Assembly (NCBI RefSeq): GCF_902713615.1
Contig: NC_052162.1
Location: forward strand, 128,922,653 to 128,986,494
DNA length: 63,842 bases
Reading direction: 5' to 3'
Source of the DNA: Scyliorhinus canicula
Taxonomy: Eukaryota
A program made the position numbers and the translations under genes. Below are positions 47,601 through 58,918 of this stretch, in pieces (position 1 is the stretch's first letter; each line of letters starts with the position of its first letter). The notes beneath the pieces were generated by a model. It searched no databases and had not been told where the DNA came from. It saw nothing but the letters and a program-made list of their open reading frames with translations.

Positions 47601-48073
47601 ATAGGGTTTGTTTCCAAACAACAATCACTGGCTGATTTGCTGATTTAATTAAATGCGCCCCCAGCTGCCGTGGGAGGGATTTGAACCCCCAGGTCCGCCA
47701 GGAGTGCCAAGCCTTGGCGACATTACCAGTGCGCCGTGGGGATGATTGGCAGACACAGGCTGGCCTGTTTACTTCCTAATCCGGCCTGTATTCCGCATAC
47801 CAGAGTTAATTATGGGAGCTCAGCTCTCTCTCTCCCTGACAGCTGAAGAGCTGTGGAGACTCGATCGGCTTGCGAAGGAGAACGATCCTCGGGATTTTCT
47901 TTCTCTCTCTCTCTGTTGCTCCCATTCTATCTTTCATGATCTCTGCCTGCTCCTTTCTATCTCCGTCTCTCTCTCTCTCTCTCTCTCGCACGTGCTCCAT
48001 CTCCCTCATCCCATCTCTAACTCCCTCCCGCTCGTTCTCAGTTTCTCATTCCATCCGTCTCTCACAATCCCAT

Positions 48074-48885
48074 TAGACCATAAGACCTAGGAGCAGAATT
48101 GCACCATTCGGCCCATCAAGTCTGCTCCCCCATTCAATCATGGCTGATATTTTCTCATCCCCATTCTCCTGCCTTCTCCCCATAACCCCTGATCCCCTGA
48201 TTAATCAAGAACCTATCTGTCTCTGTCTTAAAGACACTCAGTGAATTGGCCTCCACAGCCTTCCGCGGCAAAGAGTTCCACAGATTCACCTCCCTCTGGC
48301 TGAAGAAATTCCTCCTCATCTCTGTTTTAAAGGATCGTCCCATTAGTCTGAGATGATGCCCTCTGGTTCTAGTTTTTCCTTCAAGTGGAAACATCCTCTC
48401 CACATCCACTCTATCCAGGCCTCGCAGAATTCATAGAATTTTTTACAGTGCAGAAGGAGGCCATTCGGCCCATCGAGTCTGCACCGGCTCTTGGAAAGAG
48501 CACCCTACCCAAGGTCCAACACCTCCACCCTATCCCCATAACCCAGTAACCCCACCCAACACTAAGGGCAATTTTGTACACTAAGGGCAATTTATCCTGG
48601 CCAACCCACCCAACCTGCACATCTTTGGACTGTGGGAGGAAACCGGAGCACCCGGAGGAAACCCACGCAGACACGGGGAGAACATGCAGACTCCGCACAG
48701 ACAGTGACCCGAGCCGGGAATCGAACCTGGGACCCTGGAGCTGTGAAGCAACAGTGTTAACCACTATGCTACCGTGATGCCCACGATTATCTAAGATTCA
48801 ATAAGATCCCCCCCCCCCCCCCACCCCCTCATCCTTCTAAACTCCAACGAGTACAGACCCAGAGTCCTCGAACGTTCCTCATACG
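48074..48885 (-). mobile_element. CR1 LINE 3' end with an inserted SINE
   Basis: MRRNFFSQREVNLWNSLPRKAVEA; tail taggtcttatggtcta; resumes after the SINE. Confidence 0.88.
48430..48783 (-). mobile_element. tRNA-head SINE (head A, CR1-like tail)
   Basis: Reverse complement of the 23106 family. Confidence 0.9.
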
Positions 48886-48904
48886 GGGGCGGGGGGGGTG
48901 GGGG

Positions 48905-49170
48905 AACGGGGAATCAGGGTTCGATTCCGGAGAGGGAGCCTGAGAAACGGCTACCACATCCAAGGAAGGCAGCAGACGCGCAAATTNNNNNNNNNNNNNN
49001 NNNNNNNNNNNNNNNNNNNNNNNNNNNNNNNNNNNNNNNNNNNNNNNNNNNNNNNNNNNNNNNNNNNNNNNNNNNNNNNNNNNNNNNNNNNNNNNNNNNN
49101 NNNNNNNNNNNNNNNNNNCCGCGGTGATTCCAGCTCCAATAGCGTATATTAAAGCTGCTGCAGTTAAAAG
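48905..49170 (+). pseudogene. 18S rRNA gene fragment, middle 132 nt masked as N
   Basis: acggggaatcagggttcgattccggagagggagcctgagaaacggctaccacatccaaggaaggcagc and ccgcggt(g)attccagctccaatagcgtatattaaag match conserved 18S; three transitions versus the recalled vertebrate consensus; isolated fragment. Confidence 0.95.
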
Positions 49171-50028
49171 ACAGATGGAGGTGCTCTGCAGCCGGTGGCG
49201 AGCCGAGCGAGGGCGAGACAACGAGCGAGCCGAAGTGGCGCGGAGCTGAGCCGGGTGCAAGCCGCAGGGGCAACCCCCTCTCCCAAAGCCAAGCGTGTGA
49301 GACGACCACCACCGAACTCCCCAAGAGGTTTGGGGTGAACCTCGTAAGGCGGAAGGAGGGGGGGGGCGGGGGCTGGACAGGCACTTTCTCTTCCTCTCTC
49401 TCGCACCGCTCCCCTCTTTCCCATTCTGCAAACATACGAATTAGGAGCAAGCGAGTGAGACCCTCGAGCCCGCTCCTAGTGACCCTACAGTGCAGAAGCA
49501 GGCTATTCGGCCCATCGAGTCTGCGCCGACCCTCCGAAAGAGCACCCCACTTAGGCCCATCCCACATCATATCCCCATAACCCCACCTCAGCCATACCTC
49601 TTTGTTGACCAAGAATCTGCCTTAAAGATATTCAAAGGCTCTGCCTCCGCTGCCTTTTGAGGAAGAGAGTTCCAAAGACTCACAACCCTCCCATCATTTC
49701 TTTCCCTTTCACCATCCTTCTCTCTCTCTCTCTCTCCCCCTTTCCCATGCCCTCCTGACACCAAATCCCACCCTCCCCAAGCCTCCATTCGAGCACAAGG
49801 GAGCGGAGAACCAACACACACAATGTGGCAGGAGAACATTCAGCCCATCATGTCCGGGATTAGCGCCATATAGGATAACGTCCCCCTTTAAGAGAAGGGA
49901 AAATCTGTCGTCCTTACCCAGTCTGGCCTATACGTGATTCTGGACCTCTACCCACTCCCTCCCCACCCCCCCAACATCCCCCCCGCCCCATCCCCACACA
50001 CACACACACAGACACGTGGTTGAGTCTT

Positions 50029-50231
50029 AATGAAATTAAATGAAAAATGAAATGAAAATCGCTTATCGTCACGAGTAGGCTTCAATGAAGTTACTGTGAA
50101 AAGCCCCTAGTCGCCACATTCCGGCGCCTGTTCGGGGAGGCTGGCACGGGAATTGAACCCTGGGAACTGCTGGCCTGCCTCGGTCTGCTTTAAAAGCCAG
50201 CTATTTAGCCCACTGTGCTAAACCAGCCCCT
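50029..50231 (-). mobile_element. SINE (head B), second copy
   Basis: Highly similar to 2566-2741. Confidence 0.88.
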
Positions 50232-50249
50232 ACCAGCTCCCTCTGAAAT

Positions 50250-51010
50250 GGGAACACAGGAACAAGGAGAGGCCATTCAGCCTGTTCCGCCATTGAAGAC
50301 GATCATGGCCAATCAGACACTTCATTGCCTCTTCCGTCCACACTATCCCCCATAATCCTTTACTTTATTGTCAATCAGAAATCGGTCAGTCTCTGCTTTA
50401 AATATACACAATGACTAAGCTACCTGGGGGACAGAATTCCAAAGGTTCACAACTCTCCGAGTAAAGAAATGTCTCCTCAGCTCGCTCGCAAGTGACATCG
50501 CCTCTCATTTTCAAATTGTGCCCTCTGGGTTTTAGACTCCCCCCCCAACCTAGGGGAAAACATCCCACCTGCATCGACCCTGTCTGCTCCCTTTTAAGAA
50601 TTTTGCAGGTTTCAATGGGATCGCCTCTCCTTCGAACGCGAGAGGAAACAGGCCCCGAATTTCCCCAAACCCCCCACCATAGGACAGCCCCGTCACCTCT
50701 GGACCAAGTCTGGTCAACCTTTCTGAAGCAAGGGGACCAAGACTGCACGCAGTTACACCAGTTGCGGCCTAACCAAGACCCTTGAGCCTGCTCCGCCAGT
50801 CAATCCGATCTGGGCTGATCTTCCGCCCTCAACTTTCCCCAGTTGCTCCACGTATTCCATGATCCCCTCAGGGTCATACCCAAAGTCCAAGGCTGCCTCA
50901 AGCATGTTCGACAAGGGTGCATCCCACAAGCCTCTGGGATAGGGAAACCCAAAGATTCACAACACTACGAGGGAAGAGATTTCTCCTCAGCTCGGTCCCA
51001 AAATGGCCAC
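50250..51010 (-). mobile_element. CR1 LINE fragments
   Basis: RVRRRGDPIETCKILK; FRSVVNLWVSLSQR-like frames. Confidence 0.7.
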
Positions 51011-51103
51011 CCCCCCCCCCCCTCCCCCAATCCCTCTCATCGTAAGACTGTGCACACCAGCCCTCCCCCATGTGTTTTAGATTCCCTGAAGAGCGGAAAT
51101 ATT

Positions 51104-51616
51104 GGGCGGGATTCTCCGACCCCCCCCCCCCCCGTCGAGTCGGAGAAACCCGGGGGGGGGGGGGGGGGGGGCGGCGGCGTGAATCCCACCCCGCCGCTTC
51201 GGCGCTGGTTTTTGGGCGGGGGCAGGGATCACGCCGCACCAGTCGGGGGCCATTGGCAGCGCCCCCCCCCCACACGGCGGGACCTGGCTGGTAGGTCGGC
51301 TGGTGCGGTCCTCGGGAGGGGGGGGGGGTGGGGAGATCCAGCCCGCGATCGGGGCCCACCGATCTGCGGGCGGGCCTGTGCCGTGGGGGCACTCCGTCCT
51401 TCCGCACCGGCCTCTGTACGGCACCGCCATGGCCGGCAGGGAAAAGACACGCCCTGCGCATGCGCCAGAACACGCCGGCCCTTTGGCGCAGCACCAACCC
51501 CTCCGCCGCCGGCCTAGCTCCCGGGGATTCCACAACTTCCGGGTGGCCCGACACCGGAGTGATTCGCGCCTTTCTTGGCGTCGGGCCATCCCACCAATTG
51601 CAGGAGAATCCCACCC
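51104..51616. mobile_element. GC-rich TIR element, copy 3
   Basis: GGGCGGGATTCTCC ... GGAGAATCCCACCC. Confidence 0.8.
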
Positions 51617-51999
51617 AATGTCTCAAACCCCCTCAGATTCTTATCTGGGGCTCAATAAGACACGCTGGGGAACAAAGGCCCCGATATACTCAACCTCTTC
51701 CTGCCGTTTATGACCTGGGCAATAGCCCCTAGCGACCCTGAGAGGGTGGGTCTTCCTTCTTTCAGACTGGTTAGGGGAGCGAGGCTCAACAGGAGCCGCC
51801 AAAGAGGCGACTGTATGGACGGGGGAAATGGGGAGTCTATTGCCCAGGTAAGGAACACAAGAACCAGGAGGAAGCCATTCGGCCACTCGAGCCCGCTCCG
51901 GTTCAATAACAACCAGGGCTGATCTCATCTCGGCCTTATCGCCGCCTTCCGAAACCCCCCCCCAATGATGTTGCGCCGAACTTTTGTCCCAGATTAAGA

Positions 52000-52620
52000 A
52001 CACATTAATCTACACCCCATCATTCTACCGTAACCCATGTACCTATCCAATGGCCGCTTGAAGGTCCCTAATGTTTCCGACTCAACTACTACCACAGGCA
52101 GTCCATTCCATGCCCCCACTACTCTCTGGGTAAAGAACCTACCTCTGACATCCCCCTCTATATCTTCCACCATTTACCTTTAATTTATGTCCCCTTGTAA
52201 TGGTTTGTTCCACCCGGGGAAAAAGTCTCTGACTGTCTACTCTATCTATTCCCCCTGATCATCTTATAAACCTCTATCAAGTCGCCCCTCATCCTTCTCC
52301 GTTCTAATGAGAAAAGGCCTAGCACCCTCAACCTTTCCTCGTCGAGCATCTTATGTACCTCAATGTGATCTCCTCTCATTCTTCTAAACTACAGAGAGTG
52401 TGGGCCTAAACTGCTCAATTTCTTTTCATAACACAAGCCCTTCATCCCTGGAATCAACCTAGTGAACCTTCTTTGAGCCGTCTCTAAGGCATTTACGTCC
52501 TTCATCAAGTAAATGGACCAAAACTGAGCACAATGCTCCAGATATCATCTCATCAATGCCAGATAGACTTTCAACAGCCACTCTATTCCATTAGCAATCA
52601 ATGCCAAAATACCAGTTGCT
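52000..52620 (-). mobile_element. CR1 LINE fragments
   Basis: GILALIANGIE...LLKVYLALMR...; cttctccgttctaatgag region. Confidence 0.75.
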
Positions 52621-52750
52621 TTCACTTTCTGTTTCCAAAGGGATCCCACATTTGACACAGCACGCGAGGAGGACGTTTTGGTCATCGCATCTGCCCCGGC
52701 TTCCCGAAGCAGCAACGCAGCTAAGTACCACACCCCTTAACCACAGCACA

Positions 52751-53590
52751 GTTCCCTGTGTAACAGGCTGGAGAAGGGGCTGAATGGGCCTCCTCCTGTT
52801 CCTGTGTAACAGGCTGGAGAAGGGGCTGAATGGGCCTCCTCCTGTTCCTGTGTAACAGGCTGGAGAAGGGGCTGAATGGGCCTCCTCCTGTTCCTGTGTA
52901 ACAGGCTGGAGAAGGTGCTGAATGGGCCTCCTCCTGTTCCCTGTGTAACAGGCTGGAGAAGGGGCTGAATGGGCCTCCTCCTGTTCCTGTGTAACAGGCT
53001 GGAGAAGGGGCTGAATGGGCCTCCTCCTGTTCCTGTGTAACAGGCTGGAGAAGGGGCTGAATGGGCCTCCTCCTGTTCCTGTGTAACAGGCTGGAGAAGA
53101 GGCTGAATGGCCCTCCTCCTGTTCCTGTGTAACAGGCTGGAGAAGGGGCTGAATGGGCCTCCTCCTGTTCCTGTGTAACAGGCTGGAGAAGGGGCTGAAT
53201 GGGCCTCCCTCAGTTCCTGTGTAACAGGCTGGAGAAGGGGCTGAATGGGCCTCCTCCTGTTCCTGTGTAACAGGCCGGAGAAGGGGCTGAATGGGCCTCC
53301 TCCTGTTCCTGTGCAACAGGCTGGAGAAGGGGCTGAATGGGCCTCCTCCTGTTCCTGTGTAACAGGCTGGAGAAGGGGCTGAATGGGCCTCCTCCTGTTC
53401 CTGTGTAACAGGCTGGAGAAGGGGCTGAATGGGCCTCCTCCTGTTCCTGTGTAACAGGCTGGAGAAGGGGCTGAATGGGCCACCTCCTGTTCCTGTGTAA
53501 CAGGCTGGAGAAGGGGCTGAATGGGCCTCCTCCTGTTCCTGTGTAACAGGCTGGAGAAGGGGCTGAATGGGCCTCCTCCTGTTCCCTGTG
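52751..53590. repeat. 46-bp minisatellite, array 2 (same orientation as array 1)
   Basis: Same unit as 17324-18135. Confidence 0.97.
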
Positions 53591-54204
53591 AGACGGCCTG
53601 CTTGATTGTTGGAGGGCACACCGATCGAAATGTTGCCCACGATGACATGGTGAGCGCGCGCGCCCACCCGCTTAAGAAACTTTAAAAACTCTGTCCAAAA
53701 GCGAGGAGAGGTGCATTATGGGTTGGAGTGAGAAATAGGCCTCACGATCCTTTCGGATAAAAGCACAGCTTTGAGGGGGCGGAACAAAGGGATGGAGTCA
53801 CAGCTTCACAATTGGCAGCGGAGGTTAACACGGCCTTCATGTCCGCCCAAAAATGCAAAACGTTGGGCTGCGTTTTTTGTTGGGGCGCTATTGAAAACAA
53901 GAGAAGTTGTGTCGAACATGGTGTGGCGGGGAATCGGTTAGACCACAGCCTGCACGATGCTCAGTTCTGCTCTCAGATTGCAACAGCAAGGAAGTGGAAA
54001 AGAGAACCAGAAAGTTTGTAACTGACATGAATAGTCCACAGTCCTGGGATTCCTGTGTTGGGGAATTTGATGGGAACAACTGACGTAGATCTCCAAGGAT
54101 CTTGCCAGGGGGTTTGAGGGGGGGGGGGGGGGGAAGGGATGAGGCGACGCACAGGTGCCTCTGCTTGAGATGAGGGAGCGGAGTTCCGTCGGTTCCTGAT
54201 AACT

Positions 54205-54546
54205 GGGCGGCGCGGCAGCACAGTGGTTAGCACCGTTGCTTCACAGCTCCAGGTTCGATTCCCGGCTTGGGTCACTGACTGTGCGGAGAACTGCACGTCC
54301 TCCCCTGTGTCTGCGTGGGTTTCCTCCGGGTGCTCCGCTTTCCTCTCACAAGTTCCCAAAGTCGTGCTGTTTTCTGGATTAGCCGTGATAAATTCCCCTT
54401 AATGTCCAAAAAAGGTTAAATGGGGTTACTGGATTACCGGGATAGGGTGTAGGTGTGGGCTTGAGGAGGGTTTCTCTTTCCAAGAGCCGTTGCAGACTCA
54501 ATGGGCCGAATGGCCTCCTTCTGCACTGTAAATTCTATGTTTCTAT
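54205..54546 (+). mobile_element. tRNA-head SINE (head A, CR1-like tail)
   Basis: Head and ttctatgtttctat tail. Confidence 0.85.
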
Positions 54547-54573
54547 AACAACTCCCGCATGGAGGAATGGAAG

Positions 54574-56400
54574 CCCATTGTTATACAGGTACAGGAGGGG
54601 ACCCATTCAGCCCCTTCTCCAGCCTGTTACACAGGAACAGGAACAGGCCCATTCAACCCCTTCTCCAGCCTGTTACACAGGAACAGGAGGCCCATTCAGC
54701 CCCTTCTCCAGCCTGTTATACAGGAACAGGAGGGGACCCATTCAGCCCCTTCTCCAGCCTGTTACACAGGAACAGGAACAGGCCCATTCAACCCCTTCTC
54801 CAGCCTGTTACACAGGAACAGGAGGCCCATTCAGCCCCTTCTCCAGCCTGTTATACAGGAACAGGAGGGGACCCATTCAGCCCCTTCTCCAGCATGTTAC
54901 ACAGGAACAGGAACAGGCCCATTCAACCCTTTCTCCAGCCTGTTACACAGGAACAGGAGGCCCATTCAGCCCCTTCTCCAGCCTGTTATACAGGAACAGG
55001 AGGAGGCCCATTCAGCCCCTTCTCCAGCCTGTTACACAGGAACAGGAGGGGGGCTATTCAGCCCCTTCTCCAGCCTGTTATACAGGAACAGGAGGGGGCC
55101 CATTCAGCCCCTTCTCCAGCCTGTTACACTGGAACAGGAGGAGGTCCATTCAGCCCCTTCTCCAGCCTGTTACACTGGAACAGGAGGAGGCCCATTCAGC
55201 CCCTTCTCCAGCCTGTTACACAGGAACAGGAGGAGGCCCATTCAGCCCCTTCTCCAGCCTGTTACACTGGAACAGGAGGAGGCCCATTCAGCCCCTTCTC
55301 CAGCCTGTTACACAGGAACAGGAGGAGGCCCATTCAGCCCCTTCTCCAGCCTGTTACACAGGAACAGGAGGAGGGTAATTCAGCCCCTTCCCCAGCCTGT
55401 TACACAGGAACAGGGGGAGGCCCATTCAGCCCCTTCTCCAGCCTGTGACACAGGGAACAGGAGGAGGGCCATTCAGCCCCTTCTCCAGCCTGTTACACAG
55501 GGAACAGGAGGAGGCCCATTCAGCCCCTTCTCCAGCCTGTTACGCAGGAACAGGGGGAGGCCCATTCAGCCCCTTCTCCAGCCTGTTACACAGGAACAGG
55601 AGGAGGGCCATTCAGTCCCTTCTCCAGCCTGTTACACAGGAACAGGAGGAGGCCCATTCAGCCCCTTCTCCAGCTTGTTACACAGGAACAGGAGGAGGCC
55701 CAGTCAGCCCCTTCTCCAGCCTGTTACACAGGAACAGGAGGAGGCCCATTCAGCCCCTTCTCCAGCTTGTTACACAGGAACAGGAGGAGGCCCATTCAGC
55801 CCCTTCTCCAGCCTGTTACACAGGAACAGGAGGAGGCCCATTCAGCCCCTTCTCCAGCCTGTTACACAGGAACAGGCCCATTCAGCCCCTTCTCCAGCCT
55901 GTTACACAGGAACAGGAGGAGGCCCATTCAGCCCCTTCTCCAGCCTGTTACACAGGAACAGGAGGAGGCCCATTCAGCCCCTTGTCCAGCCTGTTACACA
56001 GGAACAGGAGGAGACCCATTCAGCCCCTTGTCCAGCCTGATACACAGGAACAGGAGGAGGCCCATTCAGCCCCTTCTCCAGCCTGTTACACAGGAACAGG
56101 TGGAGGGCCATTCAGCCCCTTCTCCAGCCTGTTACACAGGAACAGGAGGAGGTCCATTCAGCCCCTTCTCCAGCCTGTTACACAGGAACAGGAGGAGACC
56201 CATTCAGCCCCTTCTCCAGCCTGTTACACAAGAACAGCAGGAGGCCCATTCAGCCCCTTCCCCCAGCCTGTTACACAGGAACAGGAGGAGGCCCATTCAG
56301 CCCCTTCTCCAGCCTGTTACACAGGAACAGGAGGAGGCCCATTCAGTCCCTTCTCCAGCCTGTTACACAGGAACAGGGCCATTCAGCCCCTTCCCCCAGC
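54574..56400. repeat. 46-bp minisatellite, array 3 (inverted relative to array 2)
   Basis: Reverse-complement unit; first ~400 bp form a 135-bp higher-order repeat (three copies). Confidence 0.97.
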
Positions 56401-56802
56401 TAGGGTGGACTTAGCCATCTGATAGGGTGCTCGTCGGTCTTGCTGCCCTTCTCAAATGTCAACCCCGCCTTTCCCGCAAGCCGCTTCTGTGGACCGGCGA
56501 GCAGCTGGAGAGCTAGGAGTTCGCTTGGGGCGGGGTCACAAGGGGCTGAATGGCGGGGCGCAGGAGGAGAGGGCTCCAGAGGGCAGGTGGGGAAGAGAAA
56601 TTTCTGAAAAGGGGGCCAGGACCACATGAGTTTGCACAGTGTAGTCCCCTGTTCGGGCCTTGACAACTGGTGGAGTCTGGCATTTGGAACGCACACAGGC
56701 CGGATTCCAACAGTGTCAGACTAAGAGGGAGACCGAGGGAGACAGAAAGGCAGAAACATAGATTGAACAACAGAGAGAGAGAGAGAGAGAGAGAGAGGCA
56801 GG

Positions 56803-57358
56803 GGGTAGGATAGTCCCAGTCCGGGGCTAGGCCAGAGACTCCCCGCAACCAGGCCACGCCGCCCCAACCCCGCAGAGCGGAGAATCGGCACCGGTCGCAG
56901 GCCGCTGTACACGGCCGGGCCGCCAATTTCCCAGCCCTGATGGGCCGAGCGGCCGCTCTAACAAGGCAGAGTCCCGCCGGCGCCGTCCACACCTGGTCGC
57001 AGCCGGCGGGAACTCTGCGCGCAGGGTCGGGGGGGCGGCCTGTTGGGGGGGCGGTAGGGGGCTCCAACCCCGGGGGGGGGGGGAGCCTCCGATGGGGCCG
57101 GCCTGTCGCTCCCCGGGCCTATTTACTTCCGCGCCGGCCCCTGAACCCCCGCGCCATGTTGCGCGTTGAGGGAGGCCACCGCGCGTGCGCGGATCCCGCG
57201 TCTCACAGTTCTCGCCGGGACGGGAGGCTGGAGCGGCGTGAACCGCTCCAGCCCCGTGCTGGCCCCCTGTCGGGGCCAGAATCGGTGCTCCCAACGGCCC
57301 GTTCACGCCGTCGTGAAACTCGACGGCGGGGACACCACCGAATGGGAGAATCCCACCC
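56803..57358. mobile_element. GC-rich TIR element, copy 4
   Basis: Degenerate left TIR GGGTAGGATAGTCC; right TIR GGAGAATCCCACCC; body similar to copy 1. Confidence 0.75.
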
Positions 57359-58154
57359 AGAGAGAAAGAGAGAGACTGAGCGAGAAAGAAAGAGAGACAG
57401 AGGGAGCGAGAGAGAGAGAGAGAGAGAGACAGACAGAGCGAGGGAGAGAGACTGAGGGAGCGAGAGAGAGAGAGAGAGACAGACAGAGCGAGGGAGAGAG
57501 ACTGAGAGAGAAAGGCTGAGAGAGAGACAGAGACTGAGAGACAAAGGGAAAAAGACAAAGTGAGAGAGGCAGAGCGAGAAAGACAGAGCGAGACAGAGAG
57601 ACTGAAAGAGAGAGAGAGAGACAGAGAGAGAGGAAAACACACAGGGAGATGGGATATTCGACACTGGCTCCGCCTAGTCAAGTCCAGCTCAAACCAGCTC
57701 CAGCCACACCACACACACAAAAGAGCAAGCTGTTTTTGAGGTGGTGATGGGGGGTGGGGGGTTGCTGCGGGGGAGAACTGGGACGCCGGCCAATCACAAT
57801 GCAGTTATGTAACAGGCCCAGTGAAAGCAGCCGAGGTTTGGGGAAGGTGGGACTGCATCTTCGCCAGTACAAACAGAAAAATTTCTGAAAGCACAAGAGT
57901 CTGAAAGGATTTATTTTCTCTCCCTCACTCTCTCTCTCTCTCGATTGTCCCTTGCCTGCGCACAACTCCAAACCCCCCCCCCCCCCCCACTCCGACCACC
58001 GTCAATCGAGAGGGCGATTTGATCCATCGAGGGGGTCGGTCGGGGATATACGTGACCCCGTCTTCTTTTTAGTCGGCAGATTAGGGGGGGTGGGAACAAT
58101 CGACCAGGAGGCCTTTTAGGTTTTATCTTAAAATAATAGATTCTAAGATAAAAT

Positions 58155-58495
58155 GGCACGATCGTACAGTGGTTAGCACAGTGGCTTCACAGCGTCAGGG
58201 TCCCAGGTTCGATTCCCTGCTGGGTCACTGTCTGTGCGGAGTCTGCACGTTCTCCCCGTGTCTGCGTGGGTTTCCTCCGGGTGCTCCGATTTCCTCCCAC
58301 AGTCCAAAGATGTGCGGGTTAGGTGGATTGGCCATGCTAAATTGTCCCTTAGTGTCCAAAAAGATTAGATGGGGTTACTGGGTTACCGGGGATAGGGTGG
58401 AGATGTGGGCTTAGATAGGGTGATCGTTCGAAGGGCCGATGCAGACTTGATGGGCCAAATAGCCTCCTTCTGCATTGCAAATTCTATGAACTATG
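58155..58495 (+). mobile_element. tRNA-head SINE (head A, CR1-like tail)
   Basis: Tail-to-tail with the next SINE. Confidence 0.88.
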
Positions 58496-58507
58496 ACCTG
58501 TCATATA

Positions 58508-58816
58508 AGAATAATCGTAATTATTGACACAAGTAGGCTGACATTAACTCTGCAATGAAGTTACTGTGAGAATCCCCCAGTCGCCACATTCCGGAGCCTG
58601 TCCGGGTCACAGAGGGAGAATTCAGAATGTCCAATTCACCCAACAGCACGTCTTTCGGGACTTGTGGGAGGAAACCGGAGCACCCGGAGGAAACCCACGC
58701 TGACACGGGGAGAACGTGCAGACTCCGCACAGACAGTGGCCCAAGCTGAGAATCGAGAACCCGGGTCCCTGGCTTTGCGAAGCAACAGTGCTAACCACTG
58801 TGCTACCGTGCCGACC
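58508..58816 (-). mobile_element. tRNA-head SINE (head A, tail 1)
   Basis: Reverse complement near-identical to 1389-1696. Confidence 0.9.
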
Positions 58817-58918
58817 GCGATGCGGGGCTGAAATAAAATTTCAAAAGATGGTTGTCTGGGATATACGGGGTGACTGAGACAATGCTCTGCCGACACATTC
58901 TTTGCATAGTTTTTTACG

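Noticed and set aside
48905-49170. Functional rDNA unit
   Set aside because: Only 266 bp, substitutions at conserved sites, and no flanking 18S, ITS or 28S.
51713-51849. Hammerhead ribozyme
   Set aside because: No CUGANGA core on either strand (CTGAGAG and CTGAAAG do not fit).
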